This document shows, piece after piece, positions 25,136 to 36,164 of a stretch of 64,000 nt of DNA. Both the position numbers and the translations under genes were made by a program. The stretch's first letter is position 1, and every line of letters starts with the position of its first letter. The stretch covers positions 96,348,001 through 96,412,000 of the forward strand of contig NC_083224.1 of assembly GCF_032191835.1 (NCBI RefSeq), given 5' to 3'. This stretch comes from Heteronotia binoei. Its lineage: Eukaryota. Under the pieces are notes generated by a model that saw only the letters and a program-made list of their open reading frames with translations, had not been told where the DNA came from and did not search any database.

Positions 25136-25700
25136 TGTCACGGCTGGGGCCGGGTCAGGCAAAGTCCAGGGGCAGTCCGAGGTCTGTAGCCAGTAAGCAG
25201 GAGGGTCCGAGGCGCCAAATCCAAATCACTGTACAAGTATCGCAGGTCCGAGGTCCAGAAGCCGAGGTCAGGGAGTCCAGAAACCAAAGTCAAGCCGGAG
25301 TGGATGCTAGAACGTCAGGGAGATGACTAGTTGCTTCCACAAAGCCTCCTCCCAAAGCCTACAGCTATATAGCCCTCTGCTGGCTGTTGCCCATTTGGGC
25401 TAATTGCTGGCTCAGAGAGGCAGCCAGGATCCTGTTGCAACTCAAGCATCCTTGCTCTTAGAAGGGCCAGAATCCTCTTAAAACTCAGGGCTCAGGGAGC
25501 GTCTTGCTTGTGAGCGTGCCGCCCTCCTCCGATCCCTGAGGTCCTGACGGAGGCGGTCACGCACACGCGCCACCCGAGAGGGCGAGGCAGGGGGGCTGGG
25601 ATCTTCTCCAGCAGGAGGCAGGGGCACTGGTGCAGGTGGCAGGGGCACAGTTTCTTCTGCAGGCTCAACTTCCTCTGCAGGGTCCCCAGCACCCATGACA
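25136..25700 (-). mobile_element. Ty3/Gypsy-type solo LTR (565 bp) with 5-bp TSD
   Basis: TGTCA...TGACA termini; GTCAG at 25131-25135 and 25701-25705; TATATAG ~25367; CpG-rich. Confidence 0.85.
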
Positions 25701-25929
25701 GTCAGCTGCGCGGCAAGAGTGAGCAGTTTTAAAGGTGAGTTGCTCCCATCCCGTTTCTTTCCGTTTTTCTTTTCTTTTCCTTTCTTTTCTTTCTTCCTTT
25801 TGTCCCTCCTTTCTTTCATTCCTTCCCTCCCTTTTCCTTCCTTCCTATTTTCTTTCTCTTTCTTTTTTTCTATATTTCCAACTCCCCCCTCTCTTTTTCT
25901 TTCTTAGTCATTTCCCCGTCTTCTTCTTC

Positions 25930-25997
25930 TCCTTCCTTCCTTCCTTCCTTCCTTCCTTCCTTCCTTCCTTCCTTCCTTCCTTCCTTCCTTCCTTCCT
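25930..25997. repeat. (TTCC)n microsatellite in a CT-rich tract
   Basis: Direct reading. Confidence 0.95.
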
Positions 25998-26028
25998 ATT
26001 TCCTTTCTCTTTCTTTTTTTCTATATTT

Positions 26029-26174
26029 NNNNNNNNNNNNNNNNNNNNNNNNNNNNNNNNNNNNNNNNNNNNNNNNNNNNNNNNNNNNNNNNNNNNNNNN
26101 NNNNNNNNNNNNNNNNNNNNNNNNNNNNNNNNNNNNNNNNNNNNNNNNNNNNNNNNNNNNNNNNNNNNNNNNNN
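26029..26174. other. Assembly gap (146 N)
   Basis: Run of N within the CT-rich tract. Confidence 1.
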
Positions 26175-29100
26175 CTCCCTTCTTCCTTCCTTGCCATTGC
26201 TAATCTGAGTAGATTTTTTTTGGGGGGGGGGGGGAGAAGCTTGGAACGCCCTGTCATTTCATGTTTTCCCAGGCTGAGAACATTTTATATTTTTCGTTTT
26301 CTGCTGTGTGGTCCTTGTGCTTTTTCTTAATGTTTTAAAATTTAAAATTGCATTGCAAAATCTCACTATTCTCCTATCTTTCCTAAACAAAATATTGCAA
26401 GAGTTTTAGGCTTGTTTGTACATCATTTCCTGTCTCCTAGCTCCACCCCCAAAGTATCCTGGCTCCACCTCCAAATTTTAGTGGGCCACGAAGGAGAAGT
26501 GTAAAAATAACTGGGCCATGGGGGGGGGGGAGTTTGGGAAAGCTTGCTTTAAATAATTTATTTAATTCTGTCTCAGCAGAGTAGGTTATACCTAATCCAT
26601 CCTCATCCTACCATAAAGAAAAATCCATGGACTATTTCCAATAAATAATAGTACACTGTTGAGAGCATGACAGTATAGAATGCATCTGGCCTGAGGAGGA
26701 CAGCAAGTCAAAGACATGATGAAAAAGAAACAGGGAGAATGGAGAGCCTTGCACTTCGAACAGAAAAGCACAGAAAGTTGGAGTTGCCATTGGTTAACTG
26801 TAGGTGATGTTATGTAGCCATATCCACTTTAAAGAGCAACATTCATCATTACAAATCTCCTATTGTTAACACAATGCACAGGTGTACAGCCACAAAACAA
26901 ACCAATGCACATCAAATTCTGCCCAAACTAGGTGGCACCAAGCTTCCCAATACTTATTCTTTCCAATTGATCCAAATATAGTAGAGGTCTAAATCCTGAA
27001 ATTTTCTACAACTTCAAAGCCCAAAGCTGTTGCACCAACCCATCTCCTGTGCCTGTCAGTTCCTTTCTCTTTCCTACCACATACTAGAATATGAGTCATT
27101 CATTCAGAAGAGCTTATCATCAGGATGGAACACACTAATGATAGAGCCCAGGAGGGACAGCTCCTGCTCCCATCCCTGCAGAGACAGGGCAAGGGATTGG
27201 ATCTCTCGCAATAATATCACAATAGGCAAAGACAGAATGTCCTCAGCCTGCAGAGTTTTGCTTCTGATCAGTAGCAATTTACCATGTGAAGAGGCTGGAT
27301 ATTTATAATTATGCTTAGAGTGGCCACTTTGAAAAATCCATATGTCTCTAGGCTCTATGTACATCACCATGTCAACTCTCTGAACAGAGGCATCCATCAG
27401 CTACTACAAATCATAGATCTTGGTGAGCACTTGAGAAATGCTTAGCAATGCCTGTGTCTTACATCTTCACTCAAAAGGCATTCCAGTCCACAGCAAGGTA
27501 CCTCAGCCTGGATACATACAGAATGGCATCCCAGCTACAGCACCAAATATTGTGAAGCTCAGAATCAGCAATCTGAACCTGGTCTTAGACCAGGATGCAA
27601 CGTAAGTACCACAGGCTAAAATTACCCTTGTAGTTCCAGAATTCACACAGAAACTCACTGAAACATTTTCTCTAGTTTTGCTAGATTCAGTGGCCAAAAC
27701 GTGGCCGAAAAACTCCTGCAGCTGAAAAGTCAGAAACCCCATCCAAAGTGATAATGGTGGAATATAGAATTCCATGCCACCTAATTACTCAACCTGCCAG
27801 ATAGCTAAAAATCAACTGCAACAGTCTTTCTGTAGCAACCACATTGCTGATGACTCTGTTTATCTTTCAGCCTCCTTAAGCAATTCTCCTCACAAAGACA
27901 AGGAAACCAAGTTACAGCAAGCATAGCACACTTCCTTGAAAACCACACCACTGCATGGCTTTCGTCTGCATCCAGTCAACAATTCTGTCCACTCCTCCAA
28001 AGATTTGAATTCTGTGTTTTTCCTGGGATGGGAAGTGTGGATATTCTCTAATCTCCTTTCCTAGCCACCTTCAAGCAAAAAGCGAACAGGAGCTTTCATT
28101 AGGCATAGAATGGGCTGGAAGCGGACACACCATGCTTTCTTCCCTAACACTCTGCCCAGGCTGTTCTTAAAAATTTATTACTTTGTTGCAGCATGAAAAA
28201 TAAGACAGAGAAGCAATCATTAGTATAACTATAACTCCCAGTGCAATAGTCACACTTGTAAATTGAGATTTATGATTGCAGCTGCCGATATTTTAGAGCA
28301 GGGTGCTGGCGCCGGCATCAGCAAAGCCCCGCTGCTCGCTGCCCCAGCGCTGTTACAGTTTATCACAATCTGCAGAGATTATTGCAATGAATAATACAGA
28401 ACAGGCTGGCAGTGAAGAACTATTCCCGATCAAACGCTTCTGTAAACAACTGAATAAATAATATTTCACATCCCCTCTTTGAAGTCCTTGTGGGCCTGGG
28501 GAGATTGCTCATTGCACAGTAACAAAAAGAACAGAGGACTTGGGACAACTGGGACATTTGATCAAATGCAGCACTGGGCATATAGCAGAGACTCTGTTTA
28601 ATGTGTTTTCTATCAGTCAAGGCTCTCAAAACTTTTATCCCTTTATGAGGAGGCAGCCAATACAGAAGGGACATGGTCAAGATAATGCAACATGTCAGTG
28701 GCAGAGAGTGGAATGAACACCCAGTCTCCTCAGCAGAGATGATAAATAATCAACTAGGAATGGAAGAAGTATCTATCCATATCTGGTTATTTGTCTAAGG
28801 AAATGAAAAAGATCACACAGACAGATGAGATGACAGATAGAGAAAGAGGGAGGGAGGGAGATGGAGGGAATGAGAGAGAAGTTGCTCACAGACAAGTTCA
28901 GCAGCAGGTGCAAGCATGATAGAACACTGTCCCTTGAGAGACATCAGAGCTGCCTCTCAGGCCATGCGGAGTTAGAGGGTATGCAGGGAGATCAGGGTCT
29001 CCGCTCACATAAATGTCAATAACTAATGTAACATGATGAGGATTATGTGCCAGCATCTGCAAAAAGGGCATCTCTTGCAGGATGTTAAAGGATAAAGTTC

Positions 29101-31401
29101 AGCTCTGGAACAGCCCTGATTTTCCACTGCTACTGTCAGTGCAATCTTTGCCTAACCTAACGTATGGTTTGGATTTCATCTTAAGTCTAGAAAGCCAAAG
29201 GGGCTTAGGGACAGCACTTCCCATATAAGGCTTAATTATCCCTCGGATATCTGCTGTTTTTCTCGGGGGGGGGGAGGAGGATGGAAAAGGATCACCCTAA
29301 TACTTTATTCACCCTGCCGTAATATGAAATTCACAGGCTTCCTGTTTTACCAGGGTGGACCCCCCCACACCAGATTGCTCAAGGCCCCAAGTTATGGAAC
29401 CTCAGTGAGGAGACCATTCTTCTGCCAGATCTTTTCCACAAAAAACAAACCACCTCTTTTCCCTAGGGTGAAATATCAGTGCTTTCAGTTATGAGTGGGG
29501 AAAAGTCCCGATAATATACATGGAAGAGTATTTGTGAAGATAACAAAGTGATTTTATTTAATTACCTGCTGTTGGATATCTGATTCCATTAACAGGATTA
29601 AATAATTAAGTAGTTTTGCAAACAGTTTTGATGTTCCTACCCCCTTATGCTCCCAAAAACTGCCACAGGAGAGCCCGATATGGATTAGGGCCATGTTGGA
29701 AAGAAAAAGGAATTAATTCTCCGTATCCCTACATAGTCTCCCCCCATCCAAAACATTTGGTGGGGGTAAAAATGAAAGCACAATATTGCTGTTTTAAGCA
29801 GTGGGAAGGGACATTTTCAATCAAAGGAATAGCACAACACTCTTCCCTTCCCCAGTGCTACAGTCTCAATCTACAACAGGGGTTCCCCCCATGAGGGTGC
29901 TGTAAAGCACCAAACTACTCACAAGGAATCCCAATGGAATATGTACTATGGGCCTTAGAATCCTATTCAGCTGATATGGCTCTGGTACTGAAGTCCCTGT
30001 TCCCACTGCCTTTTTCTTCTGCCCCTGCTTTGCCCCTTCTTGTCGTACCTAATAAAGACTCTCCAGCAGCAAACTCAGACTGAACAACCATTCAGACTAT
30101 ACTAGACTCTGTTTTGTCATGCTAGTAGGGCCACTTTTCATATTGTGTTTGATGTATTATAATGCTTTCTAAGCCACCTTGTATCATATGATGGCTGGGA
30201 ACTACGATACTAATTTCATTACAGATAAACATATTCATGCATTCAACTGTCCATTTCCATTTCATTGCTGTAGAATATTCCTAGATGATTCCTTAGTCCC
30301 ATTCCTGAGCCTGCAACCAGAGTTCAGGGGGAAAATGAATTGTTGACATCATCTCTCACAGCAGTTGGCTATTCATATAGATCAGGTCTTGGATTGGTCC
30401 ACATGGCTATTTCTGTCATTGTATATCATCTGTGTTGTCCCTAATTGTGAAGTCTGCCCGGATTGTCTCCTCATATCTTCCTAACTTTAAATTGTATTCT
30501 CCATAATATCTCTGCCCAGCCACCCCATCAAGAGATAACATAGGAAGAATTACTATGGTTCTGTATACTACCCAAATTTGCCAGGATTCTTCCATAGAAA
30601 CCTACTATTTGGAAAGGTATCAAATAATTAATAAAAAAGGGCAGGTCTCTGAAAAAGCCTTCTCCAGTAAGTAAACACCTACAAAGGACTCTCAGCTTTG
30701 TGGTGCTGGACCAACTCCCAGCTTCATGAGGCGACCTATAGCTTTACTTTGCATTCTGAATGCGAGCTGATCACTCAGTTTTCTCAAAGGGCCCCTGGGA
30801 GAAGGGCCCAGCCTCAGTGGAAAAAGGCAGTGAGTCTGTGCTCTGAGCAGGTTCCAATTAATCCCCGCTCAGCTTGGCCTGCCTGCTTCATTACCTCCCC
30901 TTGATGAGAACCATCAGTGGGGCCTGTAAGATTTTGCTAATTAGCCTCACTTCGTTTATCATTTCCATTTTCTCTCAGCGACGCATGGCTTGCTGGGCGA
31001 CAGCTTCATCTCCTGCTGAAACAATGCGGCCCCTTCAGTGCCTGTCTCACTTAGCGCTGTCACTGCAGCCATTATGAAATTGGGGTTTCATTTACACACT
31101 AATTAAACATTACAGCTTGTTCACAATTACAACACGGGGATGAGGAGGTAACTAATTACTTAAGAAATGAGCTAACATTTATCTTCAATTCTTCTACCCT
31201 TTATCTGTCTCCCTCCGCCCCTCTCCAATCAAGATTAGATTGTTGTTCAACAGAGATGGTGCTGGAGGTCCTTGGCAGCCTCTGAATACCGAGCACCCCC
31301 CCCCCCACAAAGAGTTTGGGAGCCTCAGTCCTATTTGCAACTGGGATCGCAGGGTATCACCATAGTCACTTCCAACAAACACCTCAGCATTCACTCTAAA
31401 C

Positions 31402-31680
31402 CAGGGGTGGCCAAACTGAGGCTCAGGAGCCACGTGTGGCTCTTTCACACATATTGTGTGGCTCTCAAAGCCCCAACTACCCCATCAGCCAGCTTGGAGA
31501 AGGCATTTCTTTCTTGAAATCACTTCTCCAAGCCAAGCCAGCTGGTGGTTTTAAGAATGCATTTAAAGTTAAAGTTGCTTTCTTTCCAGCTTCATTCCTT
31601 CTTTCCTTCCTTCCTGTCTTGTGGCTCTCAAACATTTATTTTATGTGGCTCTTAACATTAAACAAGTTTGGCCACCCCTG
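31402..31680. mobile_element. hAT MITE with near-perfect 8-bp TSD
   Basis: TIR CAGGGGTGGCCAAAC; flanks CTCTAAAC / CTCTAAGC; internal GTGGCTC repeats. Confidence 0.85.
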
Positions 31681-33081
31681 CTCTAAGCCTAAGCTTGAGG
31701 CTGGATGAATGCATGCATTTCACCACTTTTCAAAATGGGGGTGAAAATTGTAAAATATATCATACTGTAATATCTCCCTCAGGGACTGAAGTATCATATA
31801 AAAATATGGTGTTCACATTCAAATCACAATTCTGTATTTAAAGTTTAAATCTCAGCTTGAATCTCACGCCTGTTTTTCAAGGAAGCCATGAAATATGTTT
31901 TTTAAAAAAAGTGTATGTGTGAAAACTCTGTTGCAATATCACTTCTGAAAACTGAAACACTGAAATGAAAGCTATTCAGGATGTAATTCTACAACCCACA
32001 TTCCCATTATTGGAGAAGGGTAGGAAATATAAAAACACAATAGCTAGAGAGGGCTACTTACCATTGTGCTTCACTAATAAGGTCTGAGCTGGAAAAAGCA
32101 TGCATGCTCATGTAAATAGCCATGATATGCTCGGAAGAGGTAGGCTAATCTCAGGAGCTGTTATATTTCATTGTGTTTGCAAGCTCATTCTGATGTATAT
32201 TCCAATGACCTATTTACTTGTTACTAGCTGACAGGGACCCAAAAAAGAACTCCAGCAGTCAAAAAAGTTTTTTTTTACTCCTTTCGTCTCTGGGGTGATA
32301 AGTGATTAACAACAACTATTCACCGGTCAAGATCAATGTATCATAGAGCTTTATTGGATAAAAGGAAAGGAAAAGAAGATCTATGCCTAAAATGCCAGTT
32401 GTTACCCCACATGAGCTCATGATCAAGGCTGTCAACATTTTTAAATTTCATCTGTAACTGGTTTCACCACTAAGGAACTCAGAACAGCATTCTCACTTCA
32501 AACTAGGAGCAGAAGTGAAGTAAAAGGAAAAAGAGCACGCGGGCATGCAGCAGCGAAACACTCCCTCCACTGGGGCTGCTCTCTTCCAAGTCTCTTCCCT
32601 CCTTTGGGGAGGAAATGGGGGGGGGGGAGGAAAAAGATAGCACATGTGCACGTACCAGAGAAAAGCTCCCCCTCACCCTCTTCTCCCTCCACTGGGGCTG
32701 CTGCTGCATCACCAAGCCTGTCTTCCCTCATATGGAGGGAGGGAGGTGGAAGGAAAGACAGGAAGCATGCAAGAAAAGGGAGTCCCATGGCACCTTAAGA
32801 CCAACAAAGTTTTAATCCAGATATTTCCTGTGCATGCACACTTCTTTAGAGGGGGAAAGGAGATTCTTCTGACAAGTCCTGCTCTGTTGTTTACTTTGAG
32901 ATCTGATCACTCATACAAGCACATTAAAAAAAGAAGGGGAGGGCAGGAAAGAGATGTATCTGGGTCAAGGGGAATTAAAGGGAGATTATTTTGGCCTAAA
33001 AAAATAAATTAGACTTCTATATGCCTATCTATGGTTTAATAACTGGAAGTTGATGGCTAAGTATTTAAAAATACATTTATG

Positions 33082-33496
33082 CAGGGGTCATTTTGTAGAA
33101 AAACAGGTGGTAGAGCTCATTAGCATAACTCATATGCCACCCGTCCTACCAGCCAAAAGCAACCTGACACAAGAGAGAGTCCCAGGTGAGGCCTGCTTGG
33201 ATTGGCTTGAGATTCAGCCAGCCCAAGCAGGCCTCGCTTACCTGGGACTCTCCTTGGTCACCCCCCCGCCCCGTCAAAGGGCCAGCAAGCCACCCACCGC
33301 CAAAATCACATAAGAAGTGGCATGGAGTTATAAGGGTTGCTGGGGATGGTTGGCTGGCTGCCTACTCTCCTAATCCAGGAATTGTTATGCAGCTGCATCT
33401 ACTATTCAATGGAAAAGGTAGGTGGGGAGGAGGAGGGGGCCATCAGACAGGTTCAAGAGCTGTGCTCCTGTGAGCTCCTGCTGAATTCAAGGCCTG
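33082..33496. mobile_element. Non-autonomous hAT-like element with 8-bp TSD
   Basis: CAGG...CCTG termini; flanks CATTTATG (33074-33081) / CACTTATG (33497-33504). Confidence 0.65.
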
Positions 33497-33739
33497 CACT
33501 TATGGTTTCATATATTCCAGTTCAGCACATGGTCTCCCTCTCTGCCCTCCCACCTCACCAGTTGCCTTTCTTCACATTACCCCCCCCCCCTTTAACTTTT
33601 TATTAGCATCACTAGTAGTGAGTGGATTTGTCCAGTCTAAAAGCACTTGGAGAGATTCCCCTTTCCAGTTTTAACAGCCGGGAAAAAAAATAAAAGAAAC
33701 CTAACAGCACCACTGCAATATTTATTAGTGGAAACATCC

Positions 33740-33900
33740 AGTAATACCTTAATGACTAAGCAATGACTAGTAGAGCAAGCATCCAGTAGCACCTTAACGA
33801 CAAACAAAATTAGTGGCAGGGCATGAACTTTCATGAGTCACTGCTCACTTCTTCAGATACAACTAGAATGTGAGTCCATCTGTCTTTATATCTTGGAGAG
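33740..33900 (-). mobile_element. Penelope-like terminal fragment
   Basis: CCAGTAGCACCTTAA...CACTGCTCACTTCTTCAGATAC; a similar fragment lies at 35310-35395. Confidence 0.6.
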
Positions 33901-34080
33901 TTATTTATTGATTTATTTGTTTATTACTTTAGTCTTCTATCCCACTCTCTCCGCAAGCGGACTCAGGGCAGCTGACAATTAATTCAAAAACATTTACAGT
34001 TGCTTTTTAAAATGATAAAACAGCAGTTTAAAATACATTTTTAAGGTGCTGTTCACCTAAAGTGATTTCAGATACCAAAT
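33900..34080 (-). mobile_element. L2-type 3' tail
   Basis: TTATTT...CTCTCCGCAAGCGGACTCAGGGCAGCT. Confidence 0.65.
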
Positions 34081-34229
34081 AACAACAGCAGCCATTCATA
34101 ATGAGAGAAGAAACCTAGGTCTCAATTCAAGCCCAGGAGAATGCACTGAGCTTCATCATCAGTTGCAATTCAGCAGTCTCTACAATTTCTCTCTGATATT
34201 CCTTTGAAAGAGAACTGCTACTCTTTGGT

Positions 34230-35310
34230 CAGTCAGCAATTGAATGTCCTGGAAGATTAAAATGTTCCCCACACTGTTTTTTGAATGTTGTGGTTTTTTA
34301 TAGCTGTAGAAAGAATAAGAGTTCTGCCAGCAGCCATGAAGATCTTTAGGACCAAAGTGATTCCACAATTACTTTATGGTATCCCAATCTGGATCCATGC
34401 TTTTGACCAATCCATCGAACGGATCCAATTGAAATTCCTGCGTAAAGTCTTAGGCTGGCCGAACTGTGTTCCATACGCAGTACTACACTTGGAAACTGGA
34501 ATGTCTCTATTGGCGACCAGAGCTTGGCTTGCTACTGTCACCTTCTGGCTTCGTCTACACTATGAACCTGAGAGCTTTTCCCACCATATGCTCTCTGAAT
34601 ATAAATTCTCCACCTGGTCAGAGTATATTGCAGGGAAAATCAAGTATTTGGGCCTATCCCTGGAATCATTGTCCATGCCGCCATTTTTGGCAGCGTTTTA
34701 CCAAATTAAAAGTAGAGTTTTGGACACTGAACGCCAGGAATCATATAGTCTGGCCAATAAAACTTGTTCTCCACTGTGTTTTGAGATTCCTCTCACCATG
34801 GGAAAAATGGCCTCATATTTTCCCCCATTTTAATGACACCCCAGCACCAAAGAGCTTTCTCTCTTGCTAGATGTAATGCTCTGCCCTCTGCCATACTTTT
34901 TGGCAGATTTAACAAGACAACCTACTCTCTTAGATACTGTCCTTGTGACCACACATTCATTGAAACAGTCCCTCATATCTTGCTCCACTGCTTGCTATAT
35001 TCACAGCTTCGTAACTCACTTCTGTGTCCCATTTTAGAGAAATCAGGAGACTGCTCGGATGCCTTGAAAGTTTGTAGGCTCCTGGGCGGTTCTTCCCGAA
35101 AGACACTGAAATAGTAGCCAAGTTCATTTTTCTGGCCACTATGATATGCCAAAGGATTTAGTAACTATAGTTTTAACTGGTAATGATGTTTCTAAATTTT
35201 AACTGTATTTTTGTATTTTATGGCTAATTTTTATTCTGTATAACTTGGTAATCCTCTTACTCTGCATAACTGATTTCTTTTATGCCAATAAAGGCTGATG
35301 ATGATGTTGA
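34230..35310 (+). mobile_element. RTE-X-like non-LTR retrotransposon 3' end
   Basis: ORFs 34285-34833 (KVIPQLLYG...LETG) and 34833-35114 (RAFSLARCN...CPC...ETVPHILLHC, a CCHC-type finger); tail AATAAAGGCTGATGATGATG. Confidence 0.7.
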
Positions 35311-35820
35311 ATAAGAGTCCAGTAGCACCTTGAAGACACACAAAATTTGTGACAGGGTATGAGATTCCATGAATCACTGCTCGCTTCTTCAGACATGTCC
35401 ATTTATTCTTTGCATCTCCTGGGTCAAACTGGGACCTATGCTTCCTGTCTCATTTTCAATGATGATATCTCCATGCCTATTACCCCATAGCATATCACAT
35501 CTAATCCAATCAAGTTTATAAAGTTTATATCTCCAGTATCTCGCGTTACATTTTTGGCATACATGGTACGGCCTGACAAAGTGACATTTATGTCAGATCT
35601 GAGCCCTTGTAACAAATGACTCAACACCTCTGCCATAGGGTATAATGGAGAATTTCACTCATTGAGCTTAAATGTGCTGTGGTAGTACAACTTGGCAAGT
35701 GGACTGAAGGCATTTAAGGAGACCATGGTCTGTCTCTTTAAACACTTTCTAGCATGCTGAATAAAAAAGACAGGTTGCTTACCTTTAACTGTAGATCTTC
35801 GAGTGGTCATCTGTGCAGTC

Positions 35821-35982
35821 ACACTTGTGGGATACTGCGCCTGCGCTGGTCCCCGATCGGTATCTGTAAGAAAGCCCGGGAAAATTTCCGCGGCGGGCGC
35901 CAACTGGGCATGCGCAGGCGACCCACTGCGCACGCCCAACAGCGCCACCGCGGCAATCCCACCAGTTCCTTCATGACCGCTG
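35821..35982. repeat. DIRS 3' (right) ITR, partner of 41564-41725
   Basis: Reverse complement of 41564-41725, 157/162 identical. Confidence 0.95.
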
Positions 35983-36032
35983 AAAGCCCCCAGAAAAGGG
36001 AGACCGTCAGCAGCGGGGAAGGAGGGCGGGTA

Positions 36033-36126
36033 GTGTGACTGCACAGATGACCACTCGAAGATCTACAGTTACAGGTAAGCAACCTGTCTATCTTCTTCGT
36101 GGTCTCTGTGCATCACACTTGTGGGA
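36033..36126. other. DIRS internal complementary region (ICR)
   Basis: Complement of 35768-35824 joined via TCT to complement of 41714-41750 (GCAACCTG-TCT-ATCTTCTTCG). Confidence 0.95.
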
Positions 36127-36164
36127 GATTAGCAAGCAAGGCATACCTGGAGGCGGGAAGACGG

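Larger units (their letters stand above)
24474..26546. mobile_element. Non-autonomous hAT element with 8-bp TSD; contains a 540-bp palindrome, a solo LTR and a (TTCC)n tract
   Basis: TSD CTTTAAAT at 24466-24473 and 26547-26554; imperfect TIRs TGGTGTTTCCCAAA / TTTGGGAAAGCTTG. Confidence 0.75.

Noticed and set aside
25834-26028. Repeated CT-rich 45-mer ending at the gap
   Set aside because: Low complexity and adjacent to a gap; likely slippage or assembly artefact
25735-26208. Phe/Leu/Ser/Pro-rich ORFs
   Set aside because: Translation of the CT-rich microsatellite and N gap
27470-27607. Open frame (GIPVHSKVPQPGYIQNG...DQDA) ending at a strong GTAAGT donor
   Set aside because: No convincing acceptor, no recognisable protein, no neighbouring exons
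1463-35114. Most short ORFs (60-160 aa) in the ORF track
   Set aside because: No recognisable domains; they fall in SINE, LINE or microsatellite sequence or are of chance length
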